Positions 10,676 through 21,474 of a stretch of 64,000 nucleotides of DNA are shown here, in pieces. The stretch comes from an uncultured Candidatus Saccharibacteria bacterium (GTDB lineage Bacteria > Patescibacteriota > CALEFQ01). Position numbers and translations under genes: made by a program. The notes under the pieces are model-generated. The model made no database searches. It was not told the origin of the DNA and was given only the letters and a program-made list of their open reading frames with translations. The DNA lies in NCBI GenBank assembly GCA_965230955.1, contig OZ246404.1, positions 500,995 to 564,994 of the forward strand. The letters are read 5' to 3'. Positions within the stretch are counted from its first letter, which is position 1; each line of letters opens with the position of its first letter.

Positions 10676-11855
10676 TATCTGGATGGGCGGAGGCGCTCAA
10701 AAAGCCCTGATCCGCCAAGCTCTTGGTTTGCAAGAATTGGGGCACCAGGTTTTTATATTAACGACCAGGATTGATCGCCGGGAGCGGCCGGATATTCTGA
10801 ATCGATTAAATATCACCGTCGCGGATATCCCGCTGGTTTTTTATCGGGATAACCAGTATTTGCCATTAGAAAATAAATTGGTTTTGCTTAGGAATTTTTT
10901 CCGGCTGAAGAAAGCGATTAAGAAATTTGTTCGACAGCATCAAATTGACATTGTCAATCCTCAGCAAACGCCCATGCACTGGCTCTGCGGCGGCTTATCG
11001 GTTCCGGTTGTTTGGACGTGTTATGAGCCGATATCTTTGTGGCCTTCAAACAAGCCTTATTTCATAATCGGCGCCAAGAAGTTGACGGTCTTTGGCCGAC
11101 TTGCCCGATATATCTTTGAAAATTTCGACCGTCGATATGTGCGACGGCATGTCAGGAATATAATCGCCATTTCAGAAATGGTTCAGCGTGATATCAAGAT
11201 TCTATATGGATTATCCGCCCGGGTGGCTTATTTGCCTGTCGATACCGAGCTGTTGGCGACGGCCGATCCGGAGCGGGCACGCCGCCGTCTGAATATTAAA
11301 TCGTCCGATTTTGTCGTCACTCAGGTTGCCCACTTAAAGCCGGTAAAAAATCAGCGTTGTACGATCGATACCGCTAAATTGTTATTGAACAAAATTTCCA
11401 ATCTTAAAATTTTGTTGGTTGGCGGCGGACCGGATCATCAACCCTTGCTTGATTACGCCAATCGGCAAGGGCTGGCCGATCGGACAATTTTCGTTGGTCC
11501 ACAGACTGATATTCAAACAGCTGACTGTTTAGCGGCTAGCAATGTTCTGATTTTACCCGCGCGACATCAGACTTGGGGATTGGTTATATTTGAAGCTTTG
11601 TCGGCTGGGGCTTTGCCGGTCGTGGCCAATGATTGCGGGGCCAGAGTCGTTATCGAAAAAGAAAAAATCGGCTTATTGTCGGAACCGCGGCCGGAAAGTT
11701 TTGCCGCGATGATTTTTAAAGCTTATTCCGATAAAGAAAAGATGGCGGAATTGGTGCAGAGAGGAAAAAAATATACCCAGCGATATTTGAGTTACACCGG
11801 TTATGCTCAGAAAATTGATGATATTTTCCGGGAAATTGTTAACAAGGCCAGTTGA
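10650..11855 (+). CDS. Glycosyltransferase family 4
   Basis: MKILIL..GGGAQK, VAHLKPVKNQ, QTWGLVIFEALSAG. Confidence 0.88.
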   Translation: MKILILNPNIWMGGGAQKALIRQALGLQELGHQVFILTTRIDRRERPDILNRLNITVADIPLVFYRDNQYLPLENKLVLLRNFFRLKKAIKKFVRQHQIDIVNPQQTPMHWLCGGLSVPVVWTCYEPISLWPSNKPYFIIGAKKLTVFGRLARYIFENFDRRYVRRHVRNIIAISEMVQRDIKILYGLSARVAYLPVDTELLATADPERARRRLNIKSSDFVVTQVAHLKPVKNQRCTIDTAKLLLNKISNLKILLVGGGPDHQPLLDYANRQGLADRTIFVGPQTDIQTADCLAASNVLILPARHQTWGLVIFEALSAGALPVVANDCGARVVIEKEKIGLLSEPRPESFAAMIFKAYSDKEKMAELVQRGKKYTQRYLSYTGYAQKIDDIFREIVNKAS

Positions 11856-11880
11856 CATCGAGCCGCTTTTTTACGATAAT
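11852..11880 (+). promoter_or_regulatory. Internal sigma70-type promoter candidate
   Basis: TTGACA (overlapping the upstream TGA stop)-17 bp-GATAAT. Confidence 0.55.
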
Positions 11881-11909
11881 GTATCAGTTAGTCCTGGTAA
11901 CAAATAGCC

Positions 11910-12575
11910 ATGAAAACTACTGCCTGTATACCAACAAAAAATGAAGCAAAGGGGATAAAACAGGTTATCGCCGGAGTTCAGCCGTATGTCGACGAAATTC
12001 TAGTCGTCGATGGTCATTCTAGTGATCAAACCCGTGATTTGGCCCGAGAGTGCGGAGCGAGAGTTTTATTGGATAATTGCCGCGGTAAAGGCGCTGGTTT
12101 GCGTTTGGGTTTGCGGGAAGCCGGTGGAGATATCGTGGTTTTTATTGATGCGGATGGTTCGCATGACCCGAAGGATATTCCACAATTAATAGCTCCGATC
12201 AAGGAAAACAAGGCTGATTTAGTGGTTGCGTCTCGAGCGAAAGGCGGAAGTGATGAGTATCACATGAAATTTGGCCATTTGATCAGGCAATGGGGCAGTG
12301 AGTTTGCGGCGCTGACTATTAATTATCGCTGGAAAGTTGATTTGACCGATGTCCAGAATGGTTTCCGCGCCATCAAAAAAACGGTGGGATTAAAAATAAA
12401 TCTCAATGCCAACGATTTTGATATTGAGCAGGAAATGGTTATGAAAACCCTGAAGAATGGCTACCGTATTGTCGAAATCGGCAGCCATGAATCTTCACGC
12501 AGTTGGGGCAGTTCAAAACTGCCTACCTCCAAAGCCTGGAAATTCTTATATCGATTACTTAAGGAACTATTTTGA
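11910..12575 (+). CDS. GT2 DPM1-like polyprenyl-phosphate sugar synthase (soluble)
   Basis: IPTKNEA, VDGHSSD, RGKG, IDADGSHDP, TDVQNGFRA. Confidence 0.88.
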   Translation: MKTTACIPTKNEAKGIKQVIAGVQPYVDEILVVDGHSSDQTRDLARECGARVLLDNCRGKGAGLRLGLREAGGDIVVFIDADGSHDPKDIPQLIAPIKENKADLVVASRAKGGSDEYHMKFGHLIRQWGSEFAALTINYRWKVDLTDVQNGFRAIKKTVGLKINLNANDFDIEQEMVMKTLKNGYRIVEIGSHESSRSWGSSKLPTSKAWKFLYRLLKELF

Positions 12576-14014
12576 TGAAAGTTTATCTTATCAATCCGCC
12601 CGCGGTTAAGGGCGTGCGTATGGTACGCGAAGGCCGTTGTATGCAACGCGAAGGGGCTTGGACGGCAGTCTGGACTCCAATTTCGTTGGCATTGTGCGGA
12701 GCGGTGCTGGAAAAGTATGGGATGGAGTGTAAATTAACTGATTGCATTGTCGAGGAAATTGATTTGGCAAAATTGCAATCATTGGTTTCTGAGTTCAAGC
12801 CTGATTTGGTGGTTCTTAACACGGCAACTCCGTCTATTAACGGAGATTTGAAAGTCGGATCTTATTTGAAAAAAGTTTGTCCCTCGGTCAAGGTCGCGGC
12901 CATCGGCATCCATGTTACCGCAATGCCGGAGGATTCATTAAAAATTTCCAGCGGGCTTGATTATATCGTGAGCGGTGAGCCGGAGTATACCATTTTGGAG
13001 TTGGCCCGGAGACTGAAAACAAAGGCTTCTCCCGATGATATCAAAGGAATTATTTTGTCTCGGCAGGGCAAGATGATTGTAAATCCGCCTCGCCCCTATA
13101 TCGATAATCTGGATGAACTTCCTTTTCCGGCTTGGCACCTGATCGATAAAACCAAATACAAGATGCCTTTTTTGAACCGACCGTTTTTTCTTATTGCCAC
13201 CGGCCGGGGTTGTCCTTATAAATGCACTTTTTGCGCCGATTGCGCCTACTACGGTAAAAAATTGAGGCTCCGCACGCCAAAAAATATCGTTGATGAACTG
13301 GAATGGGCCGGCAAAAAACACGGGGTGATTGATTTTCTTTTTTGGTCCGAGTCATTCACGATCAATCGGCAATTTGCCAAAGATGTGGCTGATGAAATTT
13401 ACCGCCGGAAGCTGAAAATCCACTGGGTTTGCAATAGTCGCGTGGATAATGTTGATGAGGAATTGCTTCGTAAAATCAAACGGGCCGGTTGTTGGATGAT
13501 CGGCTATGGCTTAGAGTCGGCCAATCAAAAAATTCTCGACTCGGTCAAGAAGGGGATTAAGGTTGAGCAGACTATTCGGGCGGTAAAACTTTCTAAAAAA
13601 GCCGGCCTGGATGTTACGGCTCATTGCGTTCTCGGTTTCCCCGGCGAAACCGAAGAAACTATCAAGGAAACGATTCGACTGACCAAGAAGTTGCCTGTGG
13701 ATTTTGCGCAGTATTATTGTTCGGTTCCTTTCCCGGGATCGGAATTATATCAACAGGCGATTGATAGCGGTTGGGTCAATACGGACAACTGGGAACGTTT
13801 CGAGCAGAATTTTTCTATCATTGATATGCCCGGACTTTCATCCGAACGTGTAATGCAACTGCGGAAACAGGCTTATAAAGAATTTTATGTTCGCCCGCGG
13901 ATCGCGCTAAAGACACTGGGGCGAGTTCGGAATTTACACGACTTCTTGGAATTATTCCGGATGGTTCGGGCTTTCACCGATTGGACAAAAAAGGAAGATC
14001 AATGCGCCAGCTAA
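12575..14014 (+). CDS. B12-binding domain radical SAM protein
   Basis: LINPP..REGRC N-terminus, GIHVT, GEPE; GRGCPYKCTFC; YGLESAN. Confidence 0.9.
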   Translation: MKVYLINPPAVKGVRMVREGRCMQREGAWTAVWTPISLALCGAVLEKYGMECKLTDCIVEEIDLAKLQSLVSEFKPDLVVLNTATPSINGDLKVGSYLKKVCPSVKVAAIGIHVTAMPEDSLKISSGLDYIVSGEPEYTILELARRLKTKASPDDIKGIILSRQGKMIVNPPRPYIDNLDELPFPAWHLIDKTKYKMPFLNRPFFLIATGRGCPYKCTFCADCAYYGKKLRLRTPKNIVDELEWAGKKHGVIDFLFWSESFTINRQFAKDVADEIYRRKLKIHWVCNSRVDNVDEELLRKIKRAGCWMIGYGLESANQKILDSVKKGIKVEQTIRAVKLSKKAGLDVTAHCVLGFPGETEETIKETIRLTKKLPVDFAQYYCSVPFPGSELYQQAIDSGWVNTDNWERFEQNFSIIDMPGLSSERVMQLRKQAYKEFYVRPRIALKTLGRVRNLHDFLELFRMVRAFTDWTKKEDQCAS

Positions 14015-17000
14015 TAAAAATTTTGTTGCCAATCGTGATCACGGTTGGTCTGGCTATTGTTTTTGTAGTCATCGCTTTTGATCGGCCGGCCGGCAATAGG
14101 TTGGCCGATTTTGATGTCTCAGCCTCAAATAACAGCTGCCAATCGCAATTTGATTCGCGGGGCAATGTCGGAATTTCTTATTCTCGGGCCGATGACTGTA
14201 ATGTGGAATTCACGGCAAAGTCACGGCTTTTGATTGAAAATATCGATCGAATAGATATGAAATACCTGGTTGCTGAAAATATAATTAAGGACGATCTGGT
14301 CAATATCGAAGTTTTCGGTCCGAATTGGAAGTTGATCAGCAAGAATAATTATCGAATCAGTTCCGGCATGGATTCAATCCCAGTTGACTTGCCTCAGCAG
14401 TTCAACGGTGAAATCAGTGTCATAAGATTTATTTTTTACCGCAGTGCTTTTACCGACCCGGCCGAGATAGATATTCGGTCGCTACAGTTTAGCTCCGATA
14501 ATTCTCCGAGCTGGTTTTCTGTTGTCCCGCAAATCGCCAATAAATTTGTTACCGCCGGGGCAATGATAAAAGTAGGTTTAATCAGTTTTGCCTATTATTT
14601 TTCTCGCGCCTTAAATATCCCCGTGCTGCTAAATACGATTTTGGGATTAAGCGGCATTCTAGTCTGCTTTCTTAGCGGTTGGATTATGGCGCGTCGGCTT
14701 TTTCATCAGTCTGAATTTTTACCGGCTGTATTGGCGGCTTTGCTGTTGGGTTTGGCTCAACTGACTCTGACCATGCTGGCTCTATCCTTGTTTCATCTCA
14801 TGTTTGCCGGCCCGGTCTTGGGTCTCAATTTGGCTTGTCTCGTTTTCTTGATAATCAGATATCGGTATCGATTTAGCTGGTCGCGCGCTCTGTTGCCGGT
14901 GCAAGGTTTACTACAGAAAGCTAGAAAAAATTTGTTTGTGTTTCTGGGGGTCACCATGGTTGCTGGCTTACTCCTAATTACTCTGATTCAAGCTTTGAAC
15001 GCCGCACCTTTTGGTTATGACGCCTTGGCTTATCATTTACCGATGGCGGTAGAATGGTCTGAATCGGGTCAAGTTTTCCCTATCAGTTTATCTAGTTTTC
15101 TCAGTTATATGCCCGGGGGTGCGGAATTGCTGATGTCGTACATAATCATGGCTTTTCGAAGTGACTTATTGACCAGTCTTATTCAATTGCCATTTCTTAT
15201 TATAACGGCTTTGGCGGTATATCAAATTGTCAGGAACCTCGGCGTTAGGCGAGTTGGCGCCATGATTGGAGCGCTGTTGGTTTTTTGCATTCCTGTTTTC
15301 ATCAAGGAAACTCAGCGGGCTTATATCGATTTAATTTTTATGGCGCTGGTGATGCTGGCGCTAAACTATGGTATTCAGTTTTGGCGCCGATTGGATCGAG
15401 CCAGCCTGCTTCTCGGAGCCATAACTGTCGGTTTGGCCATAGGCATGCGCTACACGGCTTGGCATTTTTTACTACCAATCTTGATTTTGTATTTGGTTGC
15501 GATGATTCGTTTTGTTCGTCAAAAGGCTTCATCGCGCCTGTTTCATTTCATTAAATTGTTATTAATTTTTATCGGCGCGGTTCTAATCTTCGGAGGATAT
15601 TGGTATATCAGGAATTGGATTATAACCGGCAATCCTATCTATCCTTCCGCTTTAGCGCCTGGAGGTTTTACTCTTTTTGATAGCGGAGTCAGCACGTCTT
15701 ATGCGAATTTTTTGTCGAGCATGACTATTTTCCCAAACTTCGGCGATATTAATTGGACGGCGCATCGCGAAGCGATTCTGACTGCCTTTGGAGCTCCTTT
15801 TCTGTGGGCGATGATGATTATTCTGATAGGCGGTTTGGTTGGTAATTTTATAGTCAAAAACACTTGGTCGGAAAAAATACTGCGGCTGTTTTTGATTTTG
15901 TTGCCTATTTATTCTATCTTCATATTCACGACCATTCCTTTTAGCTCTATTATCAATCAGTCGATGCGTTATGTTTTTGTTTTTGTTCCCCTGACAGCGG
16001 CCGTTTTGGGTTTTATTGCCGGTTGGCACAAGGTTTTTACCTGGCTGGCCGGTCTTTCCGTCCTAGGCCTTTTGATTAGTTCCTTCTGGCCGCTAGCGTT
16101 GTTTGATAAGAATAATACTATCAACTTTCCTTTTTCCGGTACAAAATTATTGGTTATTCTGTTGGTTGTTGCCTGGCTGTTGTTCCTTTTTTGGCCAATC
16201 CTTAATAAAATAATGGCCAATCGCTGGGGAAAAAATATATTACTGATTGCGATTTTGATTGGTAGCCTGGGCTTCATTGTGGGTTTTACCAATGATTATC
16301 AGATCAATAAATATTCGTGGTATCAATCGAATTACTATCAAGTTGGACAAGCGGCAAATTGGATCGATCAGAATGCCGACGGAGAGGGAATTAACCTGAT
16401 CGGTATAGATCGTCCATATCCTTTTTACGGCCGTAATTTCAAGAACAAGATTTATCAATTAAACTCGAATTCCGATCGAGATCTTCTTTATCATGAGTAC
16501 CGACGACCGTTTAAAGAAGATTGGCGAGATTACGGGCAATTAAATGTTCGACTGACTCGAAGTGGGCCGAATGATGATTCGCCTCTGCATTTAAAGCTTA
16601 ATTTTTATTCTACCGACGACAAAAATAACTATGTCCAGCTTGGTTCTTTGTCTGGGGAAATCACTGTCGGTACCAATGATTTCAGTCTGGATTTAGCCGA
16701 GTTATCGGCGCGCGACCGGGTCGTTATTATGGAATGGCAAATGACCGGTTTGGGCGATTCGGATGAATTGAAAATTGATGAGTTGGTGCTGACCGATCGT
16801 TCGTCTAAATCACCCAATTTTCCCGAAGATTTAGCAATTTTACCTAACACCTGGGAGGTAGGCGGGGAATGGCAAAATTCCGATTCAGTCTATTATGCTA
16901 CGCTTGATCGTGATTACCTTCTGCGAGTCGATTCGCCGGCAGGTGATAATGATACCGGCCGAAGTGGATATATTAAAGCCTATTTCAATACCAATGAATT

Positions 17001-17202
17001 TGGGCACATTTACGAAAATCCCAATAAAGAAATCTGGCTCCGCAATTTAAAAGAGAATGACATTAGATTTGTGGTTTCCACTTATAGCTCGACTGGAAAT
17101 GAGCGGCCGGAAATGCAGTGGATCGGCCAGCAGCCCGATATTTTTTCGGAAGTTTATTCAAATGACATGATCAAAATATTCAGGATTGATTGGCCTAATT
17201 GA
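14002..17202 (+). CDS. Large GT-C-like polytopic membrane protein with N-terminal and inserted C-terminal soluble beta domains
   Basis: YDALAYHLP..W, YMPGGAELL, WYIRNWIITGNPIYP motifs; many TM segments. Confidence 0.7.
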   Translation: MRQLIKILLPIVITVGLAIVFVVIAFDRPAGNRLADFDVSASNNSCQSQFDSRGNVGISYSRADDCNVEFTAKSRLLIENIDRIDMKYLVAENIIKDDLVNIEVFGPNWKLISKNNYRISSGMDSIPVDLPQQFNGEISVIRFIFYRSAFTDPAEIDIRSLQFSSDNSPSWFSVVPQIANKFVTAGAMIKVGLISFAYYFSRALNIPVLLNTILGLSGILVCFLSGWIMARRLFHQSEFLPAVLAALLLGLAQLTLTMLALSLFHLMFAGPVLGLNLACLVFLIIRYRYRFSWSRALLPVQGLLQKARKNLFVFLGVTMVAGLLLITLIQALNAAPFGYDALAYHLPMAVEWSESGQVFPISLSSFLSYMPGGAELLMSYIIMAFRSDLLTSLIQLPFLIITALAVYQIVRNLGVRRVGAMIGALLVFCIPVFIKETQRAYIDLIFMALVMLALNYGIQFWRRLDRASLLLGAITVGLAIGMRYTAWHFLLPILILYLVAMIRFVRQKASSRLFHFIKLLLIFIGAVLIFGGYWYIRNWIITGNPIYPSALAPGGFTLFDSGVSTSYANFLSSMTIFPNFGDINWTAHREAILTAFGAPFLWAMMIILIGGLVGNFIVKNTWSEKILRLFLILLPIYSIFIFTTIPFSSIINQSMRYVFVFVPLTAAVLGFIAGWHKVFTWLAGLSVLGLLISSFWPLALFDKNNTINFPFSGTKLLVILLVVAWLLFLFWPILNKIMANRWGKNILLIAILIGSLGFIVGFTNDYQINKYSWYQSNYYQVGQAANWIDQNADGEGINLIGIDRPYPFYGRNFKNKIYQLNSNSDRDLLYHEYRRPFKEDWRDYGQLNVRLTRSGPNDDSPLHLKLNFYSTDDKNNYVQLGSLSGEITVGTNDFSLDLAELSARDRVVIMEWQMTGLGDSDELKIDELVLTDRSSKSPNFPEDLAILPNTWEVGGEWQNSDSVYYATLDRDYLLRVDSPAGDNDTGRSGYIKAYFNTNEFGHIYENPNKEIWLRNLKENDIRFVVSTYSSTGNERPEMQWIGQQPDIFSEVYSNDMIKIFRIDWPN

Positions 17203-17207
17203 CAAAC

Positions 17208-19946
17208 ATGCCAACCCCTAGTCGAAAATTGTTTTTCCTGATATTTATCGGCATCGTAATCGCGTTGGGTTATTTTGCTTTGCGCCAGACGTTCGTCAAT
17301 CCCGGCACCTTGGGTCATAATTGGGACTGGTCATTTCCCGCTCTCGCATCGCAATTAGCCACAGCTATGCCGAAGATGTTTTCCAGCTGGTCATACACCA
17401 GTCTGGGATCGCCCGCAATTTTAAGCATTCCGGTCAATCTGTTGCTGGCGGTTTTTTTCTCCTTTGGAACGATCGGTATCTCCGGAGAACTTGTCTCTAA
17501 AGCTGTAGTATTCAGCACCTTGATTATTGGCAGTATCGGGATGTATCTCTACCTGGGGCTGTTCTTTTTGAGATCGGCCAAACCCACTTGGCTCGGTGTT
17601 TTACCGGTTTTTCTGGGTGCCGTCTTTTTCGGATTCTCTCCATTCATCTTTAGTGAATTTATTGGCGGGGCGGTGTCGCAGTTCATTTCTTATGCCGTCA
17701 TTCCTTTCGCTTTGTTTTTTTTCGCCTTGTCGCAAAATTCTGCCAAATTTCGTTGGTTTTTGATATTCGCTACAGCCTTGGTTTTATCGATACTCACGAT
17801 TTCGACCCATAATTTGATCATCGCGGTTGTTTTAACGGTTCTCTTGATTGTCGTTTCCGAGAATCGCCGCCGATACTTCTGGAGCTTGATCGGATTGGCT
17901 GCGTTTTATATCCTGATGAATTTATACTGGATGATTCCGTTTGTTTCAGAATTATTTTTTGCTCAGACCTTTTTTGAATCTGAATCATTTTTGTCGCTGA
18001 TCAATGTCATTAAGGCGGCCCCGAATATTGCCCGAGCTTGGTTTCAGATCGGTTATGCCCGACTCTTTTTTGAAAACATCATGTCGGTTGCCTGGCTGCC
18101 TTGGTGGATCTTGGGTGTCGGCGGTTTCTGTGCGGTGCTTATCGGTTCGGTTTTAAAATCAAAAAACAAGTACGCAAATTTTTGGTTATTGTTATTTCTC
18201 GGGGCACTGGTTTTCGTCACGGCCGGTGTGGCGCCGCTCGGGGAGCAAGTGGTTTGGTTATTCCAAAATGTTTCAGTAATTCGAGGTTTTAGATCAATTC
18301 AGCATTTCATTCCAGTCAGCGTCTTTACCTTTTCGGTTGTATTGGCTTTTGGTGTTAATTTTATCTTGATCCGCCTGAAACCGGCTAATAAATTTATCGG
18401 CCAAGCGGTGATAGCCGTGCTAGTTTTGGGCACGGCGGTCTGGATCGCCCCTTTTATCATCAGCGGCGATATTGGCAGTGCCAAGCTGGCTGAACGAGAG
18501 ATGAGCTATATTGATAGTTTCCAATTGTCGCCCGGCTATATCAAGGCGCACCAATTAATCAACGAGGAAAAAGAAACTGTCAGATTTTTGCCTTTGCCGG
18601 CCGCATTTTCTCCTGTTTATCTGCCGACTGAATATCAAGCCTATGCCCAGGGCGGCGATCCTACACTGTCCACGTTTGCTATTCCGGCTGTTGTGGCAGA
18701 TTTCGCGCCACAGGGGCATCCCAAGAAAATGATGCAGGTTTTTGAAAAGAATATTTGCGAGGAAAACCTTTCGCCGTCCGAAAACAATCAGTTGCTGTCC
18801 TTGCTAAATATCAAATATATAATGCAGCGGCAAGATCTCGAACCCAACCCCGGCAGTCTCTGCAGTAAACGTTGGTTTCCTGATTTAATTGATGATTATT
18901 TGCGATCCGATCCGGGCTTAAAATCTGTTTTTAGTGAAGATTACATCAAGCTTTACCAGTTGTCCGATTATTTTCCGAGAATTTATGCCGCAAATCGTAA
19001 CCTCATGATTGATGGTCCGGTCGATACGCTAAATGACGTTATTAAACATGATGATCTGCAGTTATCCACTAATATTTTTTTTACTGATCTGAAACCTTCT
19101 CCTCGGCCAGACCAGATTTCCACTAATTACCTTCGGCAGAGTTTTGAGGTCGAAGATACCCAGTTTCTAGAGGCTTCCGGTATATGGTCGAGTGACAAAG
19201 GCAGTACCACCAGAGATATAATTTATCCGGCCAGCGGGTCGGAATTCAACGAGCTGGTTTATAAAATACCGATTAAGGAATCCGGGCAATACGAGTTATA
19301 TGTTAAAATAAGACATGACACCGACGAAGGTCTGCTGCAAGCGACGATCGATGGGGAAAAAATAGGCCAACCGCTCGATGTCTATTACAAAAGTCCTTAT
19401 TCGGCTGAAGGCAAAAGTTCATATTACTACCAATCGGTAAAAGTTGGAGATGTGGACCTGGCTGCCGGCGATCATCAGTTTAGCTTTGCCAGTCTACCCG
19501 CTCTGGATAAAAGGCTCGAAAAATACAAGCAGAGCCTGGACATGTTTTATCTGGTGAAAATAGAAAATTCTTTTATAGAGTCGGAACAAGGCGCTCTGCC
19601 CGCTGTGCAATTTTCGCAAACCAGTCCGACGACCTACCGGGTTAGTGTCTCCGGCGCCAACGCCCCGTACTACCTTAATTTCTTGGAAACATATAATTCC
19701 AACTGGAAATTACGGATAAATGGACAAGAAATTTCTGCGGATAAACATTTCGTTGTTAATGGCTATGCCAATTCTTGGCGTATAGACAATCAACAAGATT
19801 GGCAGGGTGAAATAGTGTATCGGACCCAAGAGTTGTTTTATCTCGGCCTGTGGTTGTCCGGCTTGGGGGCTCTGGCCTTGCTGATGTTAACTTTATCTCT
19901 GCCGTATTTTGCGAAGAAGCCTAAGCAAATCGACTATGCCAAGTAA
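17208..19946 (+). CDS. GT-C-like membrane protein (AftD/DUF3367/YfhO-like) with CBM-like domain and C-terminal TM
   Basis: HNWDWSFP; about 12 TM; RFLPLP; NIKYIMQRQD; FLETYNSNW, VNGYANSW; terminal helix. Confidence 0.7.
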   Translation: MPTPSRKLFFLIFIGIVIALGYFALRQTFVNPGTLGHNWDWSFPALASQLATAMPKMFSSWSYTSLGSPAILSIPVNLLLAVFFSFGTIGISGELVSKAVVFSTLIIGSIGMYLYLGLFFLRSAKPTWLGVLPVFLGAVFFGFSPFIFSEFIGGAVSQFISYAVIPFALFFFALSQNSAKFRWFLIFATALVLSILTISTHNLIIAVVLTVLLIVVSENRRRYFWSLIGLAAFYILMNLYWMIPFVSELFFAQTFFESESFLSLINVIKAAPNIARAWFQIGYARLFFENIMSVAWLPWWILGVGGFCAVLIGSVLKSKNKYANFWLLLFLGALVFVTAGVAPLGEQVVWLFQNVSVIRGFRSIQHFIPVSVFTFSVVLAFGVNFILIRLKPANKFIGQAVIAVLVLGTAVWIAPFIISGDIGSAKLAEREMSYIDSFQLSPGYIKAHQLINEEKETVRFLPLPAAFSPVYLPTEYQAYAQGGDPTLSTFAIPAVVADFAPQGHPKKMMQVFEKNICEENLSPSENNQLLSLLNIKYIMQRQDLEPNPGSLCSKRWFPDLIDDYLRSDPGLKSVFSEDYIKLYQLSDYFPRIYAANRNLMIDGPVDTLNDVIKHDDLQLSTNIFFTDLKPSPRPDQISTNYLRQSFEVEDTQFLEASGIWSSDKGSTTRDIIYPASGSEFNELVYKIPIKESGQYELYVKIRHDTDEGLLQATIDGEKIGQPLDVYYKSPYSAEGKSSYYYQSVKVGDVDLAAGDHQFSFASLPALDKRLEKYKQSLDMFYLVKIENSFIESEQGALPAVQFSQTSPTTYRVSVSGANAPYYLNFLETYNSNWKLRINGQEISADKHFVVNGYANSWRIDNQQDWQGEIVYRTQELFYLGLWLSGLGALALLMLTLSLPYFAKKPKQIDYAK

Positions 19947-21474
19947 TTTCAGACAATTTTTATCGAATCAGCGCTTGTTTTTATTCTGGGGCGGTTTGCT
20001 TATTTGGTTACTGGCCATGTGGGTGTTTAACTTTGATCTTTTGGGTGCGGCGGCCGGCTTTCTTTTGTATTTCGCTCTCGTCTATAAAATTTCTCAGAAA
20101 TACATTTTATTGGCGTGTGCCGCCTTTGGTGCCGCCAGTTTAGTTAGTTTTTTTATTGTCGGCTTGGATTCGGTCGTTGGAAATTATTCCCTAATCATAG
20201 CCTTCTTTTTGTTAGCAATATCGGTTTTGATAATTATGCGCGAATCGCTTATCAAGCGGCCCCGCTGGGTGATTGATTTTTCCGGTCGCCAAACAGCTTG
20301 GCTGGCGGTAATAATTTTGATTTTCATTGCTTTTTTCATTGTTCAACCGGTCTTGAGCCAACCGGGGTATTCATTTTCCGGTGATTTTTCTTTTCCTTTC
20401 TCTTTGGAGAATTACTGGCAAAACCGAATCAATACCTGGAGTGTTTCTCACAGTGCTAGCGTCTTTGGAGACTTGGGGCATCTGTTTTATCTCAGTCCCG
20501 GGATTGGGCTGGCACTGGCCAGTGGAGGAGGAATGGCGCTGCTATTAAAAATTTTAATTGTTATTCCTTTTATCGTTTCCGGGCTGGGTATGTTTTTTCT
20601 GGCTCGAATGATTTTTCGGTCAATCTATCCCGGATTAAACAAATATATAGTCCCGGCGGCGCTGGTCGCGGCTGTCATTTATCAATTTAATCCCTGGGTC
20701 CTCGATCATCAGCCCCATTATTTTTTGCTGGTCGGGTATTCATTTTTGCCGTTAACGCTGATGTTTGCCGTGCTGGCCTGGGAAAAACAACGATTTCTTT
20801 GGATTTTTCTGGCCGCTTTGTTTTTTGCAATCACGACCGTGACCCCTCATTACATGGTTTATACGGCGATCGTTTTACTGATAGTATTTTTGATCTATCT
20901 CGTGGCCGATATCTGGCGTCGACGCTGGGCGCTGGCCGGAAAGCGATTTGTAATCAGTATTATGCTTTTATTACTGGCCATTATTTTTTCATCTTTTTGG
21001 CTTTGGCCGCTCGTTAGCGTGCAACTTGATACCGGTGAAAAATTAGCACCTGATTACGTATTGCGAGTGGATGATATCGTGGCCGCCAATTCTAATTTGT
21101 CAGTGGAAGCCGTATTTCAATTAAGCACGCCGGATCTGAAAAATACCGACAGCCAATGGCTCTGGCGTTTGGCGGCCTTTAGCCTGCCGGCCCTGGCCCT
21201 GACCGGTTTTGTTCTGAATTATAAGCGTCGCTGGGCCTTAACTCTGTTGATTTTACTTCTGGCCGCCTGGGTTATTCCATTGGTATTTTTGTTTTTACCT
21301 GGAGTCTATTCCGATCTGATATATCGACTGCCTTTTTCATGGATTCTGCATGATCCCAGCCGAACGCTTGGCTTGGCTTGCCTCGGGTACGGACTGCTGA
21401 TTGGTCTGTTTATCCTTCGCCTGACGGATCACTGGTCCAAAAAAATGTCAGTTAAAGATAATTATGCTAAATAA
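19936..21474 (+). CDS. Polytopic membrane protein resembling the TM half of an AftD/YfhO-like GT-C
   Basis: SGDFSFP, SGLGMFFL, AAVIYQFNPWV, FWLWP, parallel to the N-terminal half of 17208..19946. Confidence 0.65.
   Translation: MPSNFRQFLSNQRLFLFWGGLLIWLLAMWVFNFDLLGAAAGFLLYFALVYKISQKYILLACAAFGAASLVSFFIVGLDSVVGNYSLIIAFFLLAISVLIIMRESLIKRPRWVIDFSGRQTAWLAVIILIFIAFFIVQPVLSQPGYSFSGDFSFPFSLENYWQNRINTWSVSHSASVFGDLGHLFYLSPGIGLALASGGGMALLLKILIVIPFIVSGLGMFFLARMIFRSIYPGLNKYIVPAALVAAVIYQFNPWVLDHQPHYFLLVGYSFLPLTLMFAVLAWEKQRFLWIFLAALFFAITTVTPHYMVYTAIVLLIVFLIYLVADIWRRRWALAGKRFVISIMLLLLAIIFSSFWLWPLVSVQLDTGEKLAPDYVLRVDDIVAANSNLSVEAVFQLSTPDLKNTDSQWLWRLAAFSLPALALTGFVLNYKRRWALTLLILLLAAWVIPLVFLFLPGVYSDLIYRLPFSWILHDPSRTLGLACLGYGLLIGLFILRLTDHWSKKMSVKDNYAK

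Noticed and set aside
8379-14014. Assigning the radical SAM genes as bchE or hpnJ
   Set aside because: No chlorophyll or hopanoid pathway context; only the family-level call is supported.
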